A DNA stretch of 64,000 nucleotides, taken from the NCBI GenBank assembly GCA_000165425.1, contig CT868108.1, positions 1 to 64,000 on the forward strand, written 5' to 3'. How positions within the stretch are numbered: position 1 is the first letter of the stretch; every line of letters begins with the position of its first letter. Positions 14,251-26,302 of this stretch are shown in pieces. This DNA is from Paramecium tetraurelia (lineage: Eukaryota). The translations under genes were made by a program, and so were the position numbers. The notes beneath the pieces were generated by a model, which saw nothing but the letters and a program-made list of their open reading frames with translations, made no database searches and was not told the origin of the DNA.

Positions 14251-15231
14251 TCAACTGCTTACCATTCTTTAAACCTTGTTATTTTGAATTTATGATTGTT
14301 AATACTGCTTTTCCAATAGTTGATTATGGGATGCAAAAGAAATAACAGTTTTTTTATTTATAATTTTATTAAATGGGATTCTCGATTTTGGAATATTCTA
14401 TGGTTGATTCAATAAGGAATTGATAGAATTATTGATTGATTTGTTTAGGTTTATTTGAGATGTATTGGAGCTATGAAATTTGAGTTCTTTTTTATAAAAA
14501 TAGTTTCTGCTTACTGTCTTAGGAGCCTTTCTTGTTTGCGAAGTTCTTTCTTGCTATTCTTATTGCCTAATAAATTGTTGATTTAAATTAGTATTTTAGG
14601 TAGTTTCATCATTTTACATTCTATTAAGACCATACATCATTTTCAAAGTTATTTTCTCTTAAATAATAAATATTATTTTACTTCGAAGTATTCTTTGGAA
14701 GATTGAAAATTAGACAATTTTGATCTTTCAAATTTGTTTCTATTAGGGTAGCATTGGACAAAAAAACCAACATTAGTTTTCTCCTATTTAATATGGTTAG
14801 TTTGAGTTTCCTCTTGTTTAGTTGTGATTAAAGAATTCTCTTTTGGTTTAGGTGACCTGAGTTATTTGAATAATTGTGTTCTGCTTCTAGATTCTTAGTG
14901 GATTGATGCAGATTTCACTATTTTTTCATCGAGTGGCAATTAGGTTTACTTTATAATTTCTTAAGAAAACCTTCTCCCCGATTGCATTTAAGCAATTTAC
15001 ATATTGGACCCTATTATCTTATCTGATTGATGTTCAGAGACTGATTTGCCTAATTTCAATGAGGATATTCTTTAAAGTTCTTAATGTATGCTACCTCCAT
15101 ATTTATGCCATGGACCCAAATTCTCCATATCATTAAAAGTGAAAGAGTCTTGAGAATTTAAGATTAGATGTACCATCTCTACTTAAACATTCGAATATCT
15201 CAGCTTCTTTACTTTCTTTCGACTTTAACAT
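14251..15231 (-). CDS. Hypothetical low-complexity protein
   Basis: MLKSKESKEAEIFECLSRD, 25-nt intron, then DSFTFNDMENLGPWHKYGGSIHQEL...; at least one further intron. The 3' exon structure is not fully resolved. Confidence 0.6.
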
Positions 15232-15242
15232 AATTTAATTAA

Positions 15243-15962
15243 ATGGGTAATATTGTTTCTTCTAACAGTAACAATTCAAATACTGAATAGCCAAATAGAA
15301 GGAAACCAAGAATTTTTGGAGAAAAAGAAAACAACGAACCAAGAAGCTTAATCAAATTTAAACAAGAAGATTAATCTGACGCTGAATCAGAAATAGTTCC
15401 AATTCAAATTCCTGAGATCTCACGAGAAATGACTCCACAGAAATAAGAGGACATTTACAAAGTGATAGTCCCATCTCCCAGAAGCGATCTAGGATCAGAG
15501 ATTGAATAATTATGGAATAAAGCAGTTCAAGAGCAATCATGTTAATTGGCAAAAAAAATTATAACTACCTATCTGGAAGACGGAACAATGTACAATGGAG
15601 AATGGTTTAAAGGAACTATGCATGGCAATGGAACGTTGAGTAGAGAAGGACTTCTCCTATATGAGGGCGAATGGAAACTTGGAAAAAAGAGTGGAAATGG
15701 AGTTGAATACTACACGAGGAGAACTTATGATAAAATTATACCAGCCTGTTAGATATCAGATAAACAATATTGGAAGGTTTATAATGGCACATTTGAAGAC
15801 AATAAAATTCATGGGGAAGGTATTTTGGAATTAATAAATGGTTCTTGTGTGTTTGGAGAATTTGCAAATGGACAGTTGCATGGATAGTTGACTTATGAAT
15901 GCATAATAAGCAAATAAATAGTAAAGGGAGTTTGGAATTAAGGATAGTATTTTAAATTATGA
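15243..15962 (+). CDS. MORN-repeat protein, 239 aa, N-terminal MGN (possible myristoylation)
   Basis: Intronless, 240 codons. YNGEWFKGTMHGNG, YEGEWKLGKKSGNG and YNGTFEDNKIHGEG repeats. Confidence 0.9.
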
Positions 15963-16795
15963 TTAAAATTTATATTAAAAGTCTCTACAGATTCTCATCA
16001 TAAGCCAAGTGTCTTTATAAAACATTGAATGTTTCAACTGATGCTACCTAAGAAGATATTAAGGCATCCTTTTTTGAATTGGCTAAAAAGTATCATCCAG
16101 ATTCAAATCCAGAGACCTCAATAGATCCAGAGAAATTCAGAGAAATCTAATAGGCTTATTCAACATTGTCCAATCCAGAAAAAAGGAAATATTACGATTA
16201 AGAAAATGGTATTTATCATCATATCATCATCTCAAGGGATTATTGGACAATAGTTCTAAGGGAATCCAACTTTTGGAGAGTAAGAAGATGTATACTAAAG
16301 GTGGGCAAAAGTGAATAGAGAGCATATTAAATAAAATGAAGGTTTGAAACTAAAACCTAACTATTTTAGCCGAATATTCAGATTACTTTGAGAAATAGTA
16401 TTTCAGAAATCCTGACTACTTTAAACGCAAGGTAGATGAAGATAGTCCTTGGAACATGTCTTATAACCTTTACAAAAAGCATTACGACATTAAAAAAGAA
16501 AAGGCAGAGTATGTGCTACATGTTCCCACAGAGACCATATCTTATTGGGAGAAAAAATCAGATTTAAAAGAGTAATTATAATTTCTAATTTAAAAGGAGG
16601 ACTATTGAGTAGAAAGCTGAAGATTTAAAAAGTGGCAAATCATTGTACATTGGTTTATTTGTAACCATGATCATCGGAGGAATTTATTATGTCTACCAAG
16701 ATTAGAATTAAAATAAATAGAGAGTCTCTTAAACAGGTAGAGTAAAGGAGGGTTCAGGGTATAAGGTGAAGGCTCTTCCTTTGAACATTGTTTGA
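15959..16795 (+). CDS. DnaJ (J-domain) protein, probably mitochondrial, with C-terminal TM segment
   Basis: MIKIYIKSLYRFSSQAKCLYKTLNVSTDATQEDIKASFFELAKKYHPD..KFREIQQAYSTLSNPEKRKYYD (HPD motif). Three short introns. The ATG overlaps the upstream TGA. Confidence 0.85.
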
Positions 16796-16864
16796 GAAAT
16801 TATATATAAATATCTTTCATACTTAGTTAATATAATATTTCATTTATAAATTATCAATTGCAGC

Positions 16865-17426
16865 ATGGAAAAATAACTTTTAGTTGCTTAATAAAGGGCT
16901 GTTCAAATCAAGGGAGACAGATATGGTGTGGAATTTTAGTATGAAATAAATGGTAAGATTTTTAAATAGAAAACTGGCTTTGGTTTTAAAACAATCGGAG
17001 ATTTAATGAGCATTATTCTAAAAAATGAGATTGCTTAAAATCTCTGTCCATTCAATTCATAAAATGATTTATTAGGCTATGATATGTTGCTTGCTGAAGT
17101 GAAACATATTTCAATTAAGCCAGTAGATGAATGTATTTCATTTTTTTTATTCTAATAGAGGATATGATATTTGTGCATTTTATTGTTAACAATACCTCTT
17201 AATCTTTCCTTTTTAATAAAAAATAAATCACTGTTAAGAATGTATTAATAAATTTTGATTTTAGGCTATTTCTGAATATAATAAGGATAAAGAGAGCGCA
17301 CTCAAAATTGATAATTACAAATAATACGAAATAATGGGGAAATAGATTAATGAAGGAAATATCAATAAGTTCTTGTGTGAAATGATAAGTGGAGAACAAG
17401 GATATATTAAATAGTTTGTTTAATGA
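16865..17426 (+). CDS. Hypothetical protein
   Basis: MEKQLLVAQQRAVQIKGDRYGVEF..., two GT..TAG short introns, TGA 17424-17426. Confidence 0.6.
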
Positions 17427-17469
17427 AATTTTATGTTTGCATAATTAATTAAATTAAAAATAACAGTCA

Positions 17470-18232
17470 ATGTTGAAAAAGGAAGAAATATGGCAATCGA
17501 TTAAGATGTTTCAAAAGTAGAGTAAAAGAGAATTAGATTAAACGAGGGAATCAGAAGATTAATCATCATTTATTTCTGATAATGAAAAAGAAAATTTATT
17601 TAAAAATAAATAGCAATCTTGTTAATGCAAATAATAATTGTTGTCATTGAAGAAAGAATGTATGCTTTAAATAAGGGAATTAAAAGCTCAACATCAAATT
17701 GAGATGGAAAATCTTTAAAATCAATTCTAAAAAATAATCATCGAATAAAAATAATAATATGAATAAGAAATATCACAGCTAAAGGAAGATCTTGAATTTT
17801 ACATTGGTGAATAAAATGACAAAGAATTGATGTAACTAATCGAATAGGAATAGTAGAAAGATAAAGAAATATTTTAGCAACAATTAGAATTTTAAATTAC
17901 AGAGAAATTAAAATTGGAATAAAAGTTTATGTAAATATTCTAAATATTCAAGTCTTTGTTAGAAAGAATTAAAATAGTATAAAGAATAAGCCTAGTATTT
18001 TTAGACAACTCAGTAGAATTAGCAAATTTAATAGTTATAGTAAAGTGTACATAAAAATTGTGCCCCCCAATTATTTAGAGATACTAATAGGAAGGTGAAA
18101 TTATAGACTGAAGGGATAGATAGATCGATTGTAAACGATGATAATAGCAATAGGGTGGGAATTTGTAATTCAATCAAGAATTTTAATGCAACTATTAAGC
18201 ATATGGAAAAATCTCAACAATCTTAATGTTGA
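17470..18232 (+). CDS. Hypothetical coiled-coil protein
   Basis: MLKKEEIWQSIKMFQK...; a 22-nt intron at 17931-17952 leaves 247 codons. Confidence 0.65.
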
Positions 18233-18617
18233 TTAATTATTTATTTTATATAATTGCAATTAATTTTATATATAGATAATTAAAACAAAATAGTGAAAGG
18301 GTTTTTATCTTCTGACATTGTAATAATTAATGGGATGATTAAGAATGAATTGAAGGTAGATTTAATTAGGCTTAGCATTAAATTTAAAAAAGAAAATATG
18401 TACTTGTATTGATAATCATTTAAAAATAGATATTGCATATTTGAAATGTTATATATTAGACAATTTCTACTGGATCTTATTAATTGAATTTACTTCACTT
18501 ATTAAAAAACCCTTAAATTAAGATGTTATTAAAAATACAGGTTTAAAGTTGGGAATGAGTTGAATTTCTAAAAATCACATATAAATATGACCAATTATAT
18601 AATGAATATGATAATTA

Positions 18618-19102
18618 TCATGCTTATTCTTAACCAACTTATAATTCAAGTTCTGCTATTCTTCTCTACAATCCGAGCAATTATTGTTATAACGCAGTTT
18701 TTTCACCTTTTAAGGCTGTTATTTGTTATTAAAGTCTAGAATTTTCAGCTTTTTAATGTGCAAAATGTCTAAATTGAAGATTGAGTAAAATACCTTTTCA
18801 TTTCCTCTTCAATCCTCATTAATTCATTTGTGAGTGTTTTTTTCACATCTTATGTTTTCATACTTAAGACAGATTCTAGAGTGTCTTTTTCAGATTTCAA
18901 TATTTAGACCTCTTTTTTATGAAAATTCATTTCGTCTTGAATCCCTTTGATTGTTTCCTTACATAAATGATTTCTATACTTCTAAGCTCATTAATTTTCC
19001 TTTGAGTGATGCAGGATTTTATGAACCTGCAAAACTTTAACCTGTTTATCCAAGATCGCCTTTTGTTAGGTTATTGCCAGCTGATTTAAAAGCATTACTC
19101 AT
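18618..19102 (-). CDS. Small coiled-coil protein (~145 aa)
   Basis: MSNAFKSAGNNLTKGDLGQTGQSF..SLKGKLMSLEE..QKAENSRLQQQITALKGEKTALQQQLLGLQRRIAELELQVGQEQA; two short introns. Confidence 0.85.
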
Positions 19103-20062
19103 TAAATTATATAAATAAATAATATTTTTGAGATGAAAGAATTACATTTTATACTTTAACTGTATCTTCATTAAGCACCAAGGTCATTTATACATTAAAA
19201 TATCTTAATTTATGACATTAATTGAAATTTCTAATAGTATTTAAAGATGCACAAATGTACTGAAGCTTAGAATCAATAGAAATCCAAAACAGATTGAATA
19301 ATTTACATTTCAAGGTAAAATTTAGAGATTTTAAATATGCCATCATTTATTTATGTCTTTTCTCTTATTTCAATGAGATATTTTGATAAATTAAGATTTA
19401 GATAAGTCAGGAATACAATTAAATTATTATTTTTGAATAAATAAATAAATTCTATCTTATCTTTAAAAAACCATCCATTCATTTCTAAATTATGATAGAT
19501 AATGGATATTTAATTGCATTAAATAGAACAACATGCTGATTATGGTAGGCATCATTGAAAATGATTCAGCCTGAATTCTATTCGTTTTGAATCAATACTT
19601 ATCTTGATAGTAAAATTCGATCAACAGCGACCAATAAAATCAAAAAACATTAATCTCCTACTTTAGACCATCAAATAATCATAATTACATAGAAGAATAA
19701 TAAAAGGGATTATAATTTTATGAATTTTATTAAGTTTATAAGGATTGTTGACAGCATAGGCCAATAAAATAAATATTTTCAAACAAAAACTGTAAGGATT
19801 TCTTACAAAATAGAAGGTCTCATTTTAAATCTAATTCTCCTATTATAAATCAACCCCTTTCTCAGAAACCCTAAAAGATCATTGTTTCATGATTACTCTT
19901 ATTATCTCTACTATTAGATTCTGAAATTAATATTTAATCCATAATTTCTAATCTCCTTTATTCCTTTATTCCAGCTTTAGTAATCTATTTTATGAATTTT
20001 AAGATAACATAGTAAGAAACATAAATTTATCTTAATTAATTATGTCACTATTTAATAATATT

Positions 20063-21316
20063 TCAATTTTCAAGCAGTTTGCGCTTGAGTTATCCCAATT
20101 TGGATGAAATTAAATCAACTGCCACAACAACTACTCTTTTTTATTTAATTCTATTTTATTTGATGTTAAATACCTGTTCTATGTATCTGTTTCATATTCT
20201 GTGTTTTTTAGTCTACAATCTGTTTATCTATTTTCTAATTCTTTTGTTTTGATAGCTACTTTTTAATCTACTTCGAATTTCTCATTTGCTCCTTATGTAA
20301 TTCTTGTAGATAAGGAGGCAACCAAACCTAGATTTAAGTTATTATTAAAACCTTCCATATATGTCTTGTCTTAATTGGCCTAAACAAGTTGATCGGATAA
20401 AAGAGTCTTAAGGAGGTCGAAATTGCTGGATCTAAGAGCTTCTGCTTAATCCTCTCTGATTCTTTCAGATTAAATGTAATTTTCAATTTATTTTAATATT
20501 GAAAGCACTTTCCTTGTTAAAACTTCAGCCTAAGATGGATCATCAGATGCCTTCAAAGCCATTTCACTCATTATCTCAAGCATAGAAGCATAACCTTCTA
20601 GTTGAACCTAAATTATTAATTAGATTAAGATATACATGATGTTTTATTTTATTGACTTTTTAAGCAACTTAAGCCAAAGATGTGAGTGATCTCGATTCTG
20701 TGTCATCTTGTTCGGATTCTTCATATTTGAAACTATAAGATTCTTCTAAAAATGAGGGCTTTTCAAATCTTTTTCTATTTTTCACAAGAATGTCTAAGTA
20801 ACTATTGAAGTATCCTTTGACTTAATTAACTCCGAATAAGGATTATTCTAAATTATCCAAAATAGTTTCATAGGCTGCAGTCTCAGTTTCTCTCTTGTGA
20901 GATTAATATTGCAACTCAGCCTTTAATTCAGTAATTTCGTTATTTTTACGTTCCAAGCTGGCAACAGCTTAGACTTTTTAAGGATTCAAGGAATCAAGTT
21001 GACTCTTGAGACCAAGTGATGCAATAGTATTTTGATTAATTTAATTTTTGAGTGTTGTGATGTCGATGTCACAATTTTATCTAATCCTAACTATGCGATC
21101 ATCGTCTCTTTACTATTCATTTTCAAGAGTTGTTTCAATTCCTTATATCATATTAATAAGATTGGACACAACTGGGTCTTCAGTTTGTAGCTCCATCATA
21201 ATAGTTTGAAGAATTGTTTGTCCAAAATTAGAGCTTTATAATTCTTCAATCTAATGGTCAAAGTCCATCGTTAAGCATCCTAAAACTAGGAGAGACAATA
21301 AAATTGATATTTTCAT
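20063..21316 (-). CDS. Trichocyst matrix protein-like secretory precursor
   Basis: Signal peptide MKISILLSLLVLGCLT, then EELQSSNFGQTILQTIMMELQ..LENEQQRDD..QNC (TMP/Grl pattern). Introns of 28 and 23 nt leave 401 codons. Confidence 0.8.
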
Positions 21317-21367
21317 ATATTTATATATATATTAAAATCCGTTTTTATTTATTGGTATTAATATTTT

Positions 21368-22518
21368 TCAGAATCTTATGCGTTGAATATAGCTTTTAGT
21401 TTCCATGTCGAATCTTGTTTCAAAGATATCTATGCATTCAACAATAATCTCAAGTTGACCATTTCTATAAATAAATTAATTTTGCTACCTTGAATCAGTT
21501 TATTGTCTGTGTGCCTTTTCAGTGTCACTGCAAGTTTGATCCCAATCACCCTTTTCAGTTTATTTATTATTAATAACCTATAATTATATGATATTCATTA
21601 CAGCATCTTAAGTGGAAACGTCATTTCTAACTTCTAAGATCTTTTATCCTAAGACTTCGTAACGAGCATTCAAATCAGCAATGCTTCCTGCCAATCTTCT
21701 ATTAGCCAAAAGTAATCTTTCCTTTTAGGTCTAAAAATCTAATTCTCTTCCGTCATCTGCTTTCATCTCTTCTTTTTAGACTTGGAATATGCTATCAACA
21801 AGAGTGTCAATAATTTTGACTACTTTTTATGCTGCACTTTCTTATGTTCCTTCATCTTGTAATACTTCCAATAACATGTTGACCATAGTATGGAATCCCT
21901 TTTTGTGAGGATAATATTTCAAGAAGTTTTAGTGATGACTCTTCAATTCAGCAAAACTGCTCTTCTTTAATGCTGTAATACCTTAAGATAAGATTTATTT
22001 TGCTTCTTATAATGCAGAAATCAATCCTACTAATTCATCTCTTCTTTATTCATATTCACCCTATTAAATTATTAACAAATATAAATTACTCTTTAAACAT
22101 TACGAGCTTCTTGCAATACACTAATTCTATCTAAATTTCTTTATTCTTCCCCTTGCTTGTCAAATAATTGCTATTTCTTATCATTTTGTTCTTATTGTAA
22201 AAGAGGTAATCTATCTTCTGCTGTTGCTTTTCTTTCCTTTGCAACTGTAATCACTGCAGCTGCGGCTTCAGAGGCTGTTTAACAACTTTACAATGACCCT
22301 TACAAATCTTCATCTTCAGCTCTCTATTCGTTGAGTAGATCATCCTTCATTTGTTTAAGGAGATGCACAACTGTATCAGCAGGATGCTCTTGGAGCAATT
22401 ATACTTGTAATGTTTATATAATGGTTTTTCCAAATTCAGAATCTCTTAATTAAGCAAAGAAATATTCGTCTCTTGCTAGAGCTACTCCCACTAGCACAAT
22501 CAATACGATTATTTTCAT
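21368..22518 (-). CDS. Trichocyst matrix protein-like secretory precursor (tandem paralog)
   Basis: MKIIVLIVLVGVALARD..LRDSEFGKTIIQTLQVQL..LLNEQRAED..QSC; short introns; ends DIFETRFDMETKSYIQRIRF*. Confidence 0.8.
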
Positions 22519-23098
22519 TTTTATTGTAATAATTATTAAAAAACGAATATATGAAGTAAAATTAATTACAAATAATCACTCAATACCATGACTTTTAATA
22601 ATTAACTTATGTAACTTCATCTCCTGGTATTAAAGATGATGTCAAATTGATTATCAATTTCATTTTAGATTGGTTTAACTTTAGAATCGCTTCTCTTCTC
22701 TACAAGTGTGGAGGGGTTTTAAACATGCTCAATGTTCTCTTGGTTTTTTAAGTACATAAAGAATACTCCAATATATAGTGTTTATCATTAAGCATTGATA
22801 GTGGTCATTTCAAAAACATATTCTTAAGTAATTAATCTTGAATTGAATTTCATATCGTATAATATATGATCAACAGTAAAGTGTATTATATTAGATTAAA
22901 GTTAAATTACATGATAATCCCAAATATTTTTGGTAATTAATAAATTTTGGAGGACAAATATTTTATTTTGGGAAACCATTCTAAAAGAATAAGTTGTTTA
23001 TTCTTACATAACAGTTAAACCAATAATAGAGGAAATGAAAAATTAGTATAAATAATAGAAGAAATTGTATAATTGTTTATTTTTTATGGAATAACACT

Positions 23099-23925
23099 TC
23101 AAAAACCAAAATTGTTAACGTTCATCATTCTCTTTATAAATTGAAATTTAATACATTAAAAAGTAAATGAATAAAATATAATTTCTAAATTAATATTAAA
23201 ATACAGGTTTCTCATCTCCCTAAACTACTTTTTAAGTAAGAAGTAAAATCCCTACAATTCCATTTATCTAGAAATAGCTTCCACACATTTCCAAATACAC
23301 TGTATTTTTTGTGCAAAACTTTTTTTAGAGTATATTTTAATCTAGCATTATCTTTGTTTTCTGCTTAACTTCCTTCATAAACTTTGAACTTATGCGAATT
23401 TGAACTTATTTTTTTATCATGCAAATCTTAATAATAGGCGTCGAGTTAATCAAAATTATCAAAATATCTCCCTCTAATACCATCTGTTTGTAAATGAAGT
23501 ACAACATATGAAAGGAATTGGGTATTCTCAAATACTTATTCAATTTTTAACACTCCTTTATAATAAAACTTCCTCATGTCTCCAGTTAAATAAACCAAGA
23601 TAGCATACTGATGCCCAATAGGAAATTCTTCAAGATATTTTATATTTAGAGGAGTTTCTACTTAAACTAATTTAATCAACACCTTATAGTTTAAGTTTTC
23701 AGCTATCTCATTAATGAGATCTTCATCTAAATGAACGCACTGTTCAACAACCTATTATCTTGTTCCTTAAGACCTAAATTAAGAATTGCTTTAACAAACA
23801 CTGTATGACATAGATTATACATTTATTGTTGGGCTTATAATTTAAAGTAAAGTCTTAATTCTATTAGAATTGTAAAAATTATTATTTTAAAAAAGAAATA
23901 AATATGTTTTTACAATGATGTCCAT
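23099..23925 (-). CDS. Hypothetical protein with possible permuted papain-like (PPPDE/LRAT-type) His...NC motifs
   Basis: Open ciliate-code frame containing PIGHQYAILVY and KKYSVFGNVWKLFLDKWNCRDFTSYL. The start (23925 or 23811) and the 3' end are uncertain. Confidence 0.55.
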
Positions 23926-24193
23926 AAGTGACTTATAATTCACTTTTATTCTAATTAATATAAACCATAGAAAGACCAAATTGGTTATAAATTGTTTCTA
24001 AATTCAAGTTATTTCACTTTTAGATTTTTACTTTACTCCCTTTGTTTTTTAATTCTCTTTTCTCATATAACTAATTTATTGATAGATGAATATTGAATTA
24101 TTAGGTTAAATTTATGAATTTAATAATAATTTTATGTAATTTAATATAAACAATAACATATAATTGAATTTTCTTAATATAAAATTAGTTAAA

Positions 24194-25600
24194 ATGAGTT
24201 TGGAATAGATTCAACAGCACATAAATCAAATAAAAACAAGTCATCAGATGCCAAATAAGGAATTTCAAAATACTTTCAAACTTTTTGAGAGTTATGTTAC
24301 TTCCTTAGATAAGAATAATTAAGAATAATTGAATCAAGTTTTTAAGGCTTTGAAGAGATTTCGAAGTAGATTAGAAATTAATTGATACTTAATTAAACTG
24401 ATTATCACACAAATATAAAAAAATGGAATAATACATATGTCTTCTTGTATGATGTGAAATTGGATTTTAGTAAAAAGATATCAAAACTAACAAACAGCAT
24501 ATAGTATATTAAGAATATGAGGATTTAATCAATGTCAGTTTTAATCATCATCATTATACAAGCAAGGAAATGTTAAAAGCTTCAATAATGATATTTCATG
24601 ATTTGGAAGTAATTTAGCTGGGTTAAATGCTATGCGAATTACAATAATTTAGAGAACCTATTGACCAAAATTAATTTAAATTATAACATCTTTTCTTATC
24701 ATAACTTAACTCGCGCATTCGCTTTATTCTAAGTAATCATAACAATAAACTTAGTTATTATTTTGTTTTTATGAGAAATCTGAACTTTAAATAGTTTGTT
24801 TTAAAGTAAGATAATTTTTTGCAGCATTACTGGCAAGATTAACCCACGACCTAAATCATAGTAAAAATATAATTTAATAATATTAAAGAGGGAGTTAATA
24901 ATTTAAACAAAGTTAAGAAATCCAAAAGTTAAATAAAAATATATGTGAGCAAGCAGTTCTTGAGAGTATCAGAATCCGCAGCTAAACTGTCTAAATTAAT
25001 TGTCAAATCCTTAATAAAAGAATTCAAGAGAACTCGATTATGGCTACTGATATCAGATAAAATTTCAATATCTTCAGTTTCTTCAAAGATAGAGTCAATG
25101 GAACAATGATTTGAAAGATAATTAAAATAAAACTGATCAGCTAATTAGATATAGAGGATTCAACAAAAAAAGCTTGATGATAGAAAAGTAAATATTAGAT
25201 TAGATTATTTTAGTTGAATTTAAATGTAATGGTGATATTTCCAATCCATGTTTGGAGTGGAATGCATATATGAAATAGTCATTTATTTAGCTTAAGAATT
25301 TTAAGATTAAGTAGATCAATCTTTTAGATTAGACTGTAAAAGAGACAGCAAAAGGATTGAAGTAATAACAACGTTGCAATAAAAGGATAAACATACCTTC
25401 TAAAATTGCTTAACAATTTTCTTAAGTAATCTTTTGAATCTAATTCTTAGATAGATACATTAGTATTGCCATAATGGTAAATGATTACAGCATTGTATCC
25501 AAGTCTCATCGATTTACCTAACGAGATTAAGAGAAATCTGGAGATTTTGGAAGAAGAGAAAAAGAAGATAAGCAATTGATTTTAGTGATATTAATAAATA
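24194..25600 (+). pseudogene. Class I 3',5'-cyclic nucleotide phosphodiesterase pseudogene
   Basis: PDE catalytic motifs appear in correct order but in different frames: YHNLTRAF (~24697), THDLNH/KGVNN across an intron (~24842), AVLES, IMATDI (~25040), GDISNPCLEW (~25231), IDTLVLPQW..YPSL. Several frameshifts and TGA codons. Confidence 0.85.
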
Positions 25601-25611
25601 TCCAAAATAAT

Positions 25612-26200
25612 ATGAAGAAGGCAGTAAAGGAGGCTGAGAGAATATCCTCTAAAATATCATCTCCCATGATCGTTGATCTCTTTGAATCTCAAGGATCAGG
25701 TCTAATGCCATACTTAAAGAATGCTGTGAAAACTAGATTGGCATTGAATTAAGCAGAATCTTGTTTCATAGGTATTAGGAGTCTCAAAGTTATCTAGATT
25801 TTAAAAGAAGTTAGTTTCCATTGTTCGCGAAGGATAGATATTTCGAATTCTTAGAAGCCTATAATAGAAAGGACAAAGTAGATTTAATTAGATTATTGTC
25901 TGTTCCATTATATGATGTATTGCATAATATAATTGTTAGATTGTCAAAGCAAGTCTAAAGGACAATAAACCCTTGCCTTTTAAATTATATAAAGAGATGA
26001 CTGATGCTTAATTGGTTTAGGCTAGATTATTTTCATAAAAGAAGATGGCATTGCAATCATCATAAACATGGCATCAAATTACTGTTAAATTTAATTTTAT
26101 TGATCCAGAAACTAAGAAGGATGTTGTAAAATACAATGTTCTAGAAAGAAGAGAATCAGATAGTTCTGAGAAGGATTGGCGTATATGTAAATTAGATTGA
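25612..26200 (+). CDS. Tim44-like domain protein (mL45/Mba1-like)
   Basis: DFKRSQFPLFAKDRYFEFLEAYNRKDKVDLIRLLSVPLYD..WHQITVKF..YNVLERR..DWRICKLD*; two introns. Start uncertain (25612, or in-frame 25473). Confidence 0.7.
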
Positions 26201-26302
26201 TTTAAAACCACACATATATTTTTATGCTATTTGCAAAATAATATTATTTATATGCTAAATTAGTTGATAATTTAAAAATAAATTTTTATAGTTATATTTT
26301 AT

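Noticed and set aside
19120..20040. Coding-like fragments in larger spacers (also ~6050-6750, ~22550-23050, ~39400-39900, ~61000-61550)
   Set aside because: Short frames broken by TGA with no recognisable motif; possibly decayed genes, but not supportable as features.
22711..22723. GAGGGGTTTTAAA, similar to 58872-58886 and vaguely telomere-like
   Set aside because: A single short unit, not a tandem G3T3/G4T2 repeat, and two loose copies are not enough to call a motif.
24380..25115. TGA codons followed by an open shifted frame, suggesting programmed frameshifting
   Set aside because: They lie in the PDE pseudogene, which has several frame breaks and a lost catalytic His; ordinary decay explains them.
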